Below are positions 33,450 to 42,929 of a stretch of DNA of 64,000 bases, piece by piece (within the stretch, counting starts at the first letter, position 1; each line of letters opens with the position of its first letter). Source of the DNA: Alphaproteobacteria bacterium (GTDB taxonomy: Bacteria; Pseudomonadota; Alphaproteobacteria; UBA828); contig CBDEFM010000002.1 of the NCBI GenBank assembly GCA_965237415.1, positions 2,592,001-2,656,000 of the forward strand, written 5' to 3'. The notes under the pieces are model-generated. The model was given only the letters and a program-made list of their open reading frames with translations. It made no database searches and was not told the origin of the DNA. The position numbers were made by a program, and so were the translations under genes.

Positions 33450-34442
33450 TCAGATGAGTCCGCCGAGCGGCGACGACGGGTCGGCATAGCGCTTCTTGGC
33501 CATGCGGCCGGCGAGATAGGCGAGCCGGCCCGCCTCTACCGCATGGCGCATGGCGTGCGCCATTAGCACCGGGTCCCGGGCACCGGCGATGGCGGTGTTC
33601 ATCAGCACCCCGTCGCACCCCAGCTCCATCGCCACGGCGGCGTCGGAGGCCGTGCCGACACCGGCATCGACCAGCACGGGCACGCCAATGCGTTCGACGA
33701 TGATGCGGATGCCGACCGGGTTCTGCACGCCGAGCCCGGAGCCGATAGGCGCCGCCAGCGGCATGATGGCGGCGCAGCCCATATCCTCCAGCCGCTTGGC
33801 CATGATCGGGTCGTCGCTGCAGTAGACCATCACCTCGAAGCCGTCCTTGATCAGGATTTCGGCAGCGCGGAGGGTTTCAGGCATGTTGGGATAGAGCGTC
33901 TCCTGATCGCCGAGCACCTCGAGCTTGACCAGCGACCAGCCGCCGGCCTCGCGGGCGAGCCTCAGCGTGCGCACGGCGTCCTCGCCGGTGAAGCAGCCGG
34001 CGGTGTTGGGCAGATAGGTGTAGCGCTTGGGATCGACGTAATCGATCAGCATCGGCGTGCCCGGGTCGGCGACATTCACCCGGCGGACGGCGACCGTGAC
34101 GATCTCGGCACCGGAGGCCTCCAGCGCCGCGGCGGTCTGCTCGAAGTCACGATACTTGCCGGTCCCGACGATCAGCCGCGAGCGGAAGCGCCGGCCGGCG
34201 ACCTCCCAGGTGTCGTCGTCCGCGGCGGCCGGTGCAGGGTCGGCACCGCCGCCGATGAAGTGCACGATCTCGAGCCGGTCGCCGGCGGCGACGGCGGTGC
34301 GGTCGTAGGCGCTCCGGGGCACGATCTCGAGATTGTGCTCGACCGCGATCTTGCGCAGATCGAGGCCCAGCCCCGTCACGATGCTGTGGACCGACTGAGG
34401 CTCCTCGAACTCGCGGAGCTCGCCGTTAATCTGCACCTGCAT
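33450..34442 (-). CDS. thiG: Fused ThiS-ThiG thiazole synthase
   Basis: N-terminal ThiS (VQINGE...[10 protein letters not shown]) in frame with ThiG ([27 protein letters not shown]). Confidence 0.94.
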   Translation of the reverse strand: MQVQINGELREFEEPQSVHSIVTGLGLDLRKIAVEHNLEIVPRSAYDRTAVAAGDRLEIVHFIGGGADPAPAAADDDTWEVAGRRFRSRLIVGTGKYRDFEQTAAALEASGAEIVTVAVRRVNVADPGTPMLIDYVDPKRYTYLPNTAGCFTGEDAVRTLRLAREAGGWSLVKLEVLGDQETLYPNMPETLRAAEILIKDGFEVMVYCSDDPIMAKRLEDMGCAAIMPLAAPIGSGLGVQNPVGIRIIVERIGVPVLVDAGVGTASDAAVAMELGCDGVLMNTAIAGARDPVLMAHAMRHAVEAGRLAYLAGRMAKKRYADPSSPLGGLI

Positions 34443-34619
34443 GGGTGGCATTCCGTGCGTGTTCCGCATTCTGCCGCTCTGCAGCGGCCTTACCTGGAGT
34501 ATTGGTGAGGCCGCTGGCGATTTCAACCGGGGACGGCGGCGTTGAACGCGCGGATTGAAGCGCGAGTCCCAGCCGTGTTAGACCCGGCGTGCGGGCGAGC
34601 ATCACGACTCGGTGCGGCC

Positions 34620-35063
34620 ATGACTTACAATATCTTGATTTTGAACGGCCCCAACCTCAATATGCTGGGGTTGCGAGAACCTGAGATCTACGGTCGCCAG
34701 ACCTTGGACGATATTTGCGCGCTGTGCGAGAGCCACGCGGAGAGCCACGGGCTTGCGGTCGATTTCAGGCAGAGCAACCACGAGGGCGAGCTGATCGACT
34801 GGATTCAGCAAGCGCTGAAGGCACATGCCGGCATCATCCTCAATCCTGGCGGCTACACCCACACGTCGGTCGCCATCATGGACGCGCTGCGCGCCGTGGA
34901 CCTGCCAGCCATCGAATTGCATCTCTCGAACATCCACCGGCGCGAGCCCTTCCGCCGGCGCTCCTACGTCGCGCAGGCAGTGCGAGGTTCCATCTGCGGG
35001 TTCGGCGCGCACGGCTACCTGCTCGCGCTCGACGGGATGCGCGCGCTCTTGACGGAGGACTGA
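34620..35063 (+). CDS. aroQ: Type II 3-dehydroquinate dehydratase
   Basis: LNGPNLNMLGLREPEIYG, QSNHEG, ELHLSNIHRRE. Confidence 0.96.
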   Translation: MTYNILILNGPNLNMLGLREPEIYGRQTLDDICALCESHAESHGLAVDFRQSNHEGELIDWIQQALKAHAGIILNPGGYTHTSVAIMDALRAVDLPAIELHLSNIHRREPFRRRSYVAQAVRGSICGFGAHGYLLALDGMRALLTED

Positions 35064-35067
35064 CGCG

Positions 35068-35574
35068 ATGGCGGTGAAGCCTGTGCTGGAAGCCCGGCCG
35101 GAGGAGCCGGAGCCCGTGTTCGGACCTGACATCGAGTTGATCCGCGCGCTTGCTGCGGTGCTCGACGAGGCCGGCCTCACCGAGATCGAGATCGGCGAAG
35201 GCGCAAGCCGCATCCGCATCGCGCGAACCGCCGGGCCGCTCGTGGCGCCGCCACCTGCGCCCGCCGCACACCCCTTGCAGGCGGCGCCCGCACCGGAGGA
35301 GGTCCCGCCGCCTGGGCCGGCCCAGGACGATGCCTCCCACCCGGGCGCGGTGATTTCCCCGCTTGTCGGCGTCGTCTACGTGGCGCCGGAGCCCGACGGG
35401 CGTCCCTTCGTCCTGGTCGGCGACGAGATCCGCGAGGGCGATACGCTCTTCATCGTCGAGGCGATGAAGACGATGAACCCGGTCCGCGCCCCGCGTGGCG
35501 GCCGCGTCACCCGAATTCTTGCCGAGAACGGCGCCCGGGTCGAGTATGGCGAGGTCCTGCTGATCCTCGAGTGA
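35068..35574 (+). CDS. accB: Acetyl-CoA carboxylase biotin carboxyl carrier protein
   Basis: Pro/Ala linker and the EAMKTMN biotinylation motif. Confidence 0.95.
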   Translation: MAVKPVLEARPEEPEPVFGPDIELIRALAAVLDEAGLTEIEIGEGASRIRIARTAGPLVAPPPAPAAHPLQAAPAPEEVPPPGPAQDDASHPGAVISPLVGVVYVAPEPDGRPFVLVGDEIREGDTLFIVEAMKTMNPVRAPRGGRVTRILAENGARVEYGEVLLILE

Positions 35575-35579
35575 GGACG

Positions 35580-36938
35580 ATGTTCGACAAGGTCCTAATC
35601 GCCAACCGGGGGGAAATCGCGGTCCGGATCATCCGCGCCTGCCGGGAATTCGGCATCAAGACCGTCGCCGTCCATTCCACGGCGGACGCCGAGGCGATGC
35701 ACGCCCGGCTCGCCGACGAATCGGTCTGCATTGGGCCGCCCGCGCCAAGGGAGAGCTACCTCAACATCCCGGCGATCATCGCCGCCGGCGAGATCACCAA
35801 CGCCAACGCGATCCACCCCGGTTACGGCTTCCTCTCCGAGAGTGCCGATTTCGCCACCATCGTGGAGGAGCACGGTTTCATCTTCATCGGCCCGAGTCCG
35901 TCGCACATCACGCTGATGGGCGACAAGATCCGCGCCAAGCAGACCGCCGCCGAGCTCGGCCTGCCGGTGATTCCGGGCTCCGCCGCGGCACTGGAAAACG
36001 CCGATTCCTTTGCCCGGGCCGCTGACGACATCGGTTATCCGGTCCTCATCAAGGCGGTCGCGGGCGGCGGCGGGCGCGGCATGAAGCGGGTCGACAGCCG
36101 CGAAGAGCTGGCCGCGGCGGTCGCCACGGCGCGCGCCGAGGCCGATGCCGCCTTCGGCAACGACGCGCTCTATCTGGAAAAACTGGTCGCGGCCCCACGC
36201 CATATCGAGGTGCAGGTGCTCGCCGACCAGTTCGGCAACGCGGTGCACTTGGGCGAGCGCGACTGCTCCTTGCAGCGCCGCCATCAGAAGGTGCTGGAGG
36301 AAGCGCCATCGCCGGCACTGGACCCACACCAGCGGGCGGAGATCGGCGCGCGCGTCAGCGCCGCGGTCCGCGAGCTCGGCTATCGCGGGGTGGGCACGCT
36401 GGAGTTCCTCTACGAGGACGGTGCCTTCTATTTCATGGAAATGAACACGCGTATCCAGGTGGAGCATCCCGTCACCGAGATGATCACCGGGATCGATCTC
36501 GTGCACGAGCAGATTCGGGTCGCAGCCGGCGAGCCCCTCGCCTTCAGCCAAGAGGATGTGCGCTTCGAGGGCCACGCCATCGAGTGCCGGATCACGGCCG
36601 AGGACCCCGATACGTTTCGTCCCTCGCCCGGCACCGTCAGCGGCTACCACACGCCGGGCGGGCCGGGCGTGCGCATCGATTCCGCGCTCTATGACGGCTA
36701 CCGGATCCCGCCCTACTACGACAGCCTCATCAGCAAGGTGATCGCTCAGGCGGGCAACCGCACGGCGTGCCTCATGCGTCTCAGGCGGGCGCTGGAGGAA
36801 TACGTCATCCAGGGCGTCTCGACCACGATCCCGCTGCACCTGCGCCTGCTGGCCAGCACGGCGTTCGCCGAGAGCGCATACGACATCCACTGGTTCGAGC
36901 GCTTCGTGGCGGAGACCGGCACCGGTCCCGCGCCGTAG
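35580..36938 (+). CDS. accC: Biotin carboxylase
   Basis: [33 protein letters not shown]. Confidence 0.97.
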   Translation: MFDKVLIANRGEIAVRIIRACREFGIKTVAVHSTADAEAMHARLADESVCIGPPAPRESYLNIPAIIAAGEITNANAIHPGYGFLSESADFATIVEEHGFIFIGPSPSHITLMGDKIRAKQTAAELGLPVIPGSAAALENADSFARAADDIGYPVLIKAVAGGGGRGMKRVDSREELAAAVATARAEADAAFGNDALYLEKLVAAPRHIEVQVLADQFGNAVHLGERDCSLQRRHQKVLEEAPSPALDPHQRAEIGARVSAAVRELGYRGVGTLEFLYEDGAFYFMEMNTRIQVEHPVTEMITGIDLVHEQIRVAAGEPLAFSQEDVRFEGHAIECRITAEDPDTFRPSPGTVSGYHTPGGPGVRIDSALYDGYRIPPYYDSLISKVIAQAGNRTACLMRLRRALEEYVIQGVSTTIPLHLRLLASTAFAESAYDIHWFERFVAETGTGPAP

Positions 36939-36948
36939 CCCAAACGAC

Positions 36949-37620
36949 ATGACCACGGTCGAGCTCACGCCGGCTCTGATCCTGCGGGCCTACGGCTGCG
37001 GGCTCTTCCCCATGGCGGAGGGCAAGGCGGAGCGTGATGTCTTCTGGGTCGATCCCGAGACGCGCGGCGTCATCCCGCTCGACGGCTTTCACGTGCCCCG
37101 CCGGCTCGCGCGCACGGTACGCGCCGGGCGCTTCCGGATCACCGTGGACCGCGATTTCCCCCGCGTCGTGCGCGGCTGCGCGCGCCGCACCGGGCGCCGG
37201 CCCGAATCCTGGATCAACGGGCCCATCTTCGAGGCCTACTGCGCGCTGCACCGGCAGGGGCACGCCCACAGCGTGGAGGCCTGGCAAGACGATACGTTGG
37301 TCGGCGGCCTTTATGGCGTGGCGCTGGGTGCCGCGTTCTTCGGCGAGAGCATGTTCAGCGCCGAGCGGGATGCCAGCAAGGTCGCACTCGTGCATCTGGT
37401 CGCACGCCTGAGGGCGGGCGGCTTCACCCTGCTCGATACCCAGTTCGTCACCCCGCATCTCAGCCGCTTCGGCGCGATCGAGATGCTGCGGGCCCGCTAC
37501 CTTTCGCAGCTCGCCGATGCGCTCCCGCGCCCCGCGACCTTCTATCCGTCCGGCTTCTCCGACGCGGCGTTTTCCGGTGCCGGCGCAGCCGCGGTGCAGG
37601 CGAGCACCCAGATGTCGTAG
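36949..37620 (+). CDS. aat: Leucyl/phenylalanyl-tRNA--protein transferase
   Basis: [29 protein letters not shown]. Confidence 0.95.
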   Translation: MTTVELTPALILRAYGCGLFPMAEGKAERDVFWVDPETRGVIPLDGFHVPRRLARTVRAGRFRITVDRDFPRVVRGCARRTGRRPESWINGPIFEAYCALHRQGHAHSVEAWQDDTLVGGLYGVALGAAFFGESMFSAERDASKVALVHLVARLRAGGFTLLDTQFVTPHLSRFGAIEMLRARYLSQLADALPRPATFYPSGFSDAAFSGAGAAAVQASTQMS

Positions 37621-37970
37621 ACCGGGTGCTCGAGCGCCGCGAGACCCGGCGTGGACGAGAACATCCACCCCGTATAGAGGCGCACCGCGCGCTCATCGTG
37701 GTGTACCTCGTCGATCTCTAGGAAGGCCACGTTCTCCGGCGGCTCTTCGGGCGGCGCCGCGTGACAGGCACGCACAACGATGCGGAGCGTTCCAAAACGG
37801 ACGGGCCGGTCGAGGAGCACTTCCAGCCTGGAGGTCCGTGCCACCACCTTGTCCAGCGCCTGGAGCACGGCGACCCGGCGCTCAGCCGCGCCGACACCGG
37901 AGCCGACGCCATCGGCCACGGACGCAGCGAGCGTCGCGCCCGCTGCCAGGAAAAGAAGACCGAGCCTCAC
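37542..37970 (-). CDS. DUF2155-family exported protein
   Basis: LQALDKV...FGTL...[25 protein letters not shown]; usual convergent neighbour of aat. Confidence 0.85.
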   Translation of the reverse strand: MRLGLLFLAAGATLAASVADGVGSGVGAAERRVAVLQALDKVVARTSRLEVLLDRPVRFGTLRIVVRACHAAPPEEPPENVAFLEIDEVHHDERAVRLYTGWMFSSTPGLAALEHPVYDIWVLACTAAAPAPENAASEKPDG

Positions 37971-38411
37971 CTACTCCGTGCCGAACGCGAACTTGCCGAT
38001 CAGCTCCTCAAGCAGGAGCGAGGATTGGGTGTACGCGATGCGACCGCCGTCGGCGATCAGAGTCTCCTCGGCGCCCGGCTGGAGGTCGATGAACTTGCCG
38101 CCAAGCAGGCCGTCGCTGACCACTGCCGCCGTGGAATCCAGCGGAAGCTCGACCGTCTCGTCGATGCTCATGCGGAGCACGGCGCGGTAGGTCTCGGGCT
38201 CGAGTGTGCGCTCGATCACGGTGCCGACCTTGATACCGCCGATGCGCACGTCGGACCCGTTGGCGATGCCGTCAACGCGGTTGAACGCGGCGCTCACCTC
38301 GTAGCCGCTCACCGTGGCGACGCCGCTACGGGTATAGGCGAAGACGACGAAGCCGATGGCCACCGCCAGCACCACTGCACCCAGCAGGGTCTCGACAAGG
38401 CTCCTCGACAT
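37971..38411 (-). CDS. mlaD: MCE-domain protein MlaD
   Basis: N-terminal TM, F..VDGI..GSDVRIGGIKVG, SDGLLGGKFI. Confidence 0.9.
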   Translation of the reverse strand: MSRSLVETLLGAVVLAVAIGFVVFAYTRSGVATVSGYEVSAAFNRVDGIANGSDVRIGGIKVGTVIERTLEPETYRAVLRMSIDETVELPLDSTAAVVSDGLLGGKFIDLQPGAEETLIADGGRIAYTQSSLLLEELIGKFAFGTE

Positions 38412-38544
38412 GGCGACCTCCTTCCGTGCTTCTACGCGGAGGATTGCTGCCTCGCCCCGCCTTGGCAAGGCCGCCTCGAGTCGCAGTTTGGCACAGCGCA
38501 CACAGTCTCGGATACCAACTCTGGATGAAAGCTAAGCGTCGTCG

Positions 38545-40557
38545 GACAAGCAAGGCGGATGGCTCGATTTCGCCCTCGGGCAACCGGCCCGCGATCGCGG
38601 GGCCATCGGAGACGAACTTGGGCTGCCAGGCGATGCGATGCTTGCTGTATGGCAGGTCGACCCGCCGCGGATTAGAGATGAAGGAGAAGTACTTCTCAAT
38701 GTGAAGGACGAGGTCTCCGGTCGCGCCGTCGTAGCAGCTGATGCTGCCAGATACCCATTCGCCGGTCGGTACCGAGTACTGGCCCTTGTCGTCGACTTCG
38801 TACCGGATATTGCCGGGATAGGTGACGTGGCAGGTCAGGCGCGGCACCGTGGGCGCGCGCAGGAATGTCACGCCCTCGGCCCGCCGGGGAATGGCGAAAA
38901 GATCGGCGCCGAGCATCAGGTCGTAGAGAAACGACTGCAACCCACCGTCGAGCAAGGCCGGGAAGGAGACGTAGCCCTCCTCCTGGCCGCTCTTCCACAG
39001 CCCTTCGTCCACTTCGACATCGAACAACAGATAATCGGTCGCGACATCGCGCCGCAGCCGCCGCATGTTGCGGAAGCAGGGGCCGTATTGGAAGGTTTCG
39101 CCGAGGACCGTCTCGAAGCGTTCGTAGAGCTCGTTGTCCGCCGCATAGGCCAGGGGCTCATAGCGCGAGGAGTCGATAGCCGTCAGATGTTCCGGCACGC
39201 TCGGCGCATGGTCGGCGCCGACGAGCCGCACGTGGCCGCGGCAGTGCAGCTCGCTCTTCGCGTCGACGTCGTAAGGCTGGGTCGAGATGGTGAGTGTGAA
39301 CTCATCCGGGGAATTTGAGACCGGCTGCAGGGCCGTCTGCAGCCGCACCGGCGTCCTGGGGATGGGGCAGGGCTGGGGGAATTCGAGCATCTCGATATGA
39401 ACGGGAGCACCTTCGAGAGCCTGCAGAACGAGTTCGATATAGCCGGCGGCCGGCATGATCGGTGCGTGGTGGACGCGGTGCTCCGCCAGCCACGGAAAGG
39501 CCCTTTCTGACAGGCGCGCTTCCAGAAGCAGGTGATCGCAGGGGACCCGGTGGCCTACCAGCGGTCCGTGCGAGTACTCGCTCCGCTTCTGCAGGAACTC
39601 GTCGTCCAACGTGTTGTCGACGCTCTTCTGCTCGTCGCGAGGGTGCCCCGGCAACAAGTGGACGATGGGCGTCGGCCGCGGATACTGGGCCGCGAAGTCC
39701 AGAGGCACGCCAGCCTTGAAGAGAGCGCCCAGGGCCGCGTTGACCGCGGTTGCCTCGATCACGGCGTAGATAGGGTCTCCGTCCCGTTCGGCGGCCGCCA
39801 GGGGCTTGATGGCGAAGACGAACGATCCTTCGGAACGCATGTAGCCGTTGGCCTCCGCATCGAAGGAATGGCAGATACCCTCCGGGCTGATGACGCCCAT
39901 GAGGTTGAAGCTGCTGCTCATCCTGCCGCTGCCCAGATAGGTGACGGCGCCGACGAGCGCCTGTTCGCAATCGCCGCACGCGAGCGCATTCATCGCCGCG
40001 TGCAGGGCACTCAGGCAGGCGGAGCAGCCCGTGCAGTAGGTCGCGGACGATCCCATGAGGTTGAAGTGGTACGAGACCCGATTGGCCAGCACGACAAGGC
40101 TGATGCCGGACACGGAATACTCCGTGACACCATGCTACGGCCGCCAGTTGGATACGGCGGGAACCTGCGCGCCGATAAAGACGCCGGTGGGGCTGTTGCG
40201 CAATGAAAGAAGGTCCCAGCCAACGTGTTCGATGGCCTCCCACGCGCAATTCAGCAGCATCCTTACTTGCGGTTCGGTCTGCTTCAATTGGTTGTGGGAC
40301 ATGCCGAAGAACGTCCGGTCGAATAGCAATTCGTCGTCGTCGCGAATCAGCCCCTCGTAAGGGCTTGCAAGACGCCCCGGACCCGAAAATTCCCCGGTGG
40401 GCAGGTGGCCTTTGCCATAACGGTCGCTTATTGGCTCCTGGACAACCTCCCGCTCGCTAAGGAGGCGTCAGAAATCCGAATCCGAGTGAATTCCACCGGG
40501 CATACGGTGGCTATACCCCACGATGGCAACGTCGTTCTCGGTCTTCGGTAACGTCAT
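38545..40557 (-). pseudogene. Degraded type I PKS/FAS (partial KS, post-AT linker, DH; left end approximate)
   Basis: One frame from ATG 40557: DVAIVGYSHRMPGG...DF*(TGA 40470-40468)...FDRTFFG...EPQVR...TGVFIG...*(TAG 40137-40135)...ANRVSYHFNLMGSS..CTGCSA...FDAEANGYMRSEG, then a DH domain (WLAEHRV..PIMPAAGY, YGPCF, LLDGGLQ). The KS C-terminal half, AT and everything after DH are missing. Confidence 0.88.
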
Positions 40558-40860
40558 GCTATCGCTCGAAGTCACGACACCACGGCAATCGCCACAGACC
40601 AGCCGTCCACATGCGCGCGCGCATTATGCCTCGGCACCACGGAAACAACTCAGTTGATTGGGTGTCGCGGTATTCTGTGGTCCGTTTCGGAACGTACGTT
40701 CGAAACGTAGCCCTATCCCGCCCCTTCGTCCACGAGGTCGTTCTCGCATATTGATTGCGAACGAGGGCTGCAGCACGCCGCAGATGTTACTTACCCGGTG
40801 TATTCTCTCCTCAGGGAAATAGCGGGGCGAGGAAGCGCCGCCGGCGCCATCGCCTGACGG

Positions 40861-41268
40861 CTAACCCACGATCTCGCCTTCCACCATCGCGACCGCCTCA
40901 ATCTCGATCTCGAGCTCCGGCAGCGCCAACCCCGTGATCTCGACGATCGTGTCGGCCGGGTAGGGCGGGGTGAAATACTTCTCGCGCAGCGCCACAATCT
41001 TGCCGAAGTTGCCCATGTCCTTCAGGTAAATGTTCACCTTGACGATCTTTGCGAGGCTGGAGCCCCCGGCCTCCAGTACCGCTGCCAGGTTCTTGAAGGT
41101 CTGCTCGGCCTGAGCGTCAAAGTTGCCGACGCCCACGATAGTGCCGTCGAGGTCGATCGCGGCCTGGCCGGAGACGAAGATCAGGTCGCCGACGCGGTAG
41201 GCCTGTGCCAGCCTGAAGGCCTCGTAGGGATCGGGATCCGTCTTGATGCGAATTGCGTTCTCGGCCAT
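40861..41268 (-). CDS. RidA/YjgF family protein
   Basis: LIFVSGQ, QAEQTFKNL, IVKVNIYL, IEIEAVA. Confidence 0.88.
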   Translation of the reverse strand: MAENAIRIKTDPDPYEAFRLAQAYRVGDLIFVSGQAAIDLDGTIVGVGNFDAQAEQTFKNLAAVLEAGGSSLAKIVKVNIYLKDMGNFGKIVALREKYFTPPYPADTIVEITGLALPELEIEIEAVAMVEGEIVG

Positions 41269-41378
41269 CGATCTTCTCCGTCGTAGGCGCCGCAAAACGG
41301 GGCGTCGCGATAAGCCAGTCTCGCCCACAGCGCCCCTTGATGCTAGGACGCGCCCTGCGGCAGCAGGAGGCACACGAC

Positions 41379-42176
41379 ATGAGCGACACCGTGCATATCG
41401 AGCGAGAGAATGGCATCGCCCGGGTGACCCTCAACCGGCCGGAGGTGCTGAATGCCCTTGATGCCGAGCTCTGCGAGGCGCTTCTGGCGGCCCTGGCCGC
41501 GCTGGAGCGCGATTCCGAGACCCGCGTGCTGGTGCTGCGCGGCGCGGGCGGGCACTTCATGGCGGGCGGCGACCTGCGCTCTTTCTACGAGCTGATCAAG
41601 CTCACGCCGGATGAACGCCGGCAGCACTTCGAGGGGTTCATCGATGTGGTCCACCGCATCATCCGGATCATGCGGCGGATGCCGCAGCCGGTCATCGCCA
41701 GCATCGGCGGCGCCACCGGCGGCTTCGGACTGAGCCTGGTTCTCGCCGCCGACCTCGCGGTCTGCGCCGCGGACAGCATCTTCACCATGGCCTATTGCCG
41801 CATCGGCACGAGCCCGGACGGCTCGTCGACCTGGTTTCTGCCGCGCACGGTGGGCGCCAAGAAAGCGATGGAGCTTGCGCTCCTCGGCGACCGCTTCGGC
41901 GCGCGCGAGGCCGAACGGCTCGGCATCGTGAACCGCGTCGTCTCGCCGCACCGGCTCGAGGAAGAGACCGAGGCGCTGGCCCACCGGCTTGACTCGGGCC
42001 CTGCCCGCGCCTACGCCAACACCAAGCGGCTGCTCGGCAATTCGGGCCATGCCTCCCTCGAACAGCAGCTCCAAGCGGAGGGCGAAATGTTCGCGGATTG
42101 CGCGGCGAGCGACGATTTCGCCGAAGGAGTCGCGGCCTTTGTCGAGAAGCGTAAGCCCACCTTCACCGGGCGCTGA
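41379..42176 (+). CDS. Crotonase-family enoyl-CoA hydratase/isomerase (PaaG-like)
   Basis: TLNRPEVLNA, FMAGGDL, IGTSPDGSSTWFLPR, AFVEKRKPTFTG. Confidence 0.88.
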   Translation: MSDTVHIERENGIARVTLNRPEVLNALDAELCEALLAALAALERDSETRVLVLRGAGGHFMAGGDLRSFYELIKLTPDERRQHFEGFIDVVHRIIRIMRRMPQPVIASIGGATGGFGLSLVLAADLAVCAADSIFTMAYCRIGTSPDGSSTWFLPRTVGAKKAMELALLGDRFGAREAERLGIVNRVVSPHRLEEETEALAHRLDSGPARAYANTKRLLGNSGHASLEQQLQAEGEMFADCAASDDFAEGVAAFVEKRKPTFTGR

Positions 42177-42179
42177 GCG

Positions 42180-42920
42180 ATGGCCGGGCGGCTCGCGGGA
42201 AAGACCGCGCTGATCACGGCAGCGGGGCAAGGGATCGGCCACGCGACCGCCGTCGCATTCCACAACGAAGGCGCGGTTCTCTGGGCGACCGATATTGAGG
42301 AGGCCAAACTCGCTGGCCTCGCCACACTGGAGGGCGTCACCTGCCGGGCGCTGGACGTCCGCGATGCCGGTGCCGTCGCAGCCGCGGCCGATGAGATCGG
42401 CGACCTCGATGTGCTCTTCAACTGCGCCGGCCGCGTGCCCCACGGCGCGATTCTCGATTGCGAGCCCGCGGTCTGGGAGGAGACGCTGAGCCTCAACGTG
42501 ACCGCGATGTACCGGATGATCCGCGCCTTTTTGCCAGCAATGCTGGCCCAGGGCGGCGGCTCGATCATCAACATGGCGTCGGTGGTCTCATCGGTGAAGG
42601 CCGCGCCCGACCGCTGCGCCTACGGCGCCAGCAAGGCCGCCGTCATCGGCCTCACCAAGTCGGTCGCGTTGGACTATGCGGCGCAAGGGATCCGCTGCAA
42701 CGCAGTCTGCCCCGGCGCGGTCGATACCCCTTCCCTCGAAGAGCGATTCAACGCCCGCCCGGACCCCGAGGTTGCGCGCGAGGCCTTCCTCGCGCGCCAC
42801 CCGGTGGGGCGGATGGCAGCGCCGTCGGAGATCGCGGCGCTCTGCGCCTATCTCGGCTCGGACGAGTCGGCGTTCGTGACCGGCCAGGCACTGGTCATCG
42901 ACGGTGCCTGGGGGCTGTGA
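42180..42920 (+). CDS. Short-chain dehydrogenase (BDH2-like subfamily)
   Basis: TAAGQGIG, LFNCAG, YGASKAAV (YxxxK), NAVCPG. Confidence 0.88.
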   Translation: MAGRLAGKTALITAAGQGIGHATAVAFHNEGAVLWATDIEEAKLAGLATLEGVTCRALDVRDAGAVAAAADEIGDLDVLFNCAGRVPHGAILDCEPAVWEETLSLNVTAMYRMIRAFLPAMLAQGGGSIINMASVVSSVKAAPDRCAYGASKAAVIGLTKSVALDYAAQGIRCNAVCPGAVDTPSLEERFNARPDPEVAREAFLARHPVGRMAAPSEIAALCAYLGSDESAFVTGQALVIDGAWGL

Positions 42921-42929
42921 CCGCCGGGC

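Noticed and set aside
37542-37620. 79-bp convergent overlap of aat and the DUF2155-family gene
   Set aside because: Both tails are low-complexity extensions of a commonly adjacent pair; no sign of added function.
38326-38545. PKS ORF extending over the mlaD start as a PKS-MlaD fusion
   Set aside because: It is in a different frame from mlaD; the tail is run-on sequence after the truncation.
40135-40470. Stop-codon reassignment or readthrough in the PKS
   Set aside because: TGA and TAG end many ordinary genes in this window, and the PKS also has a large deletion and a truncation, so decay is the simpler explanation.
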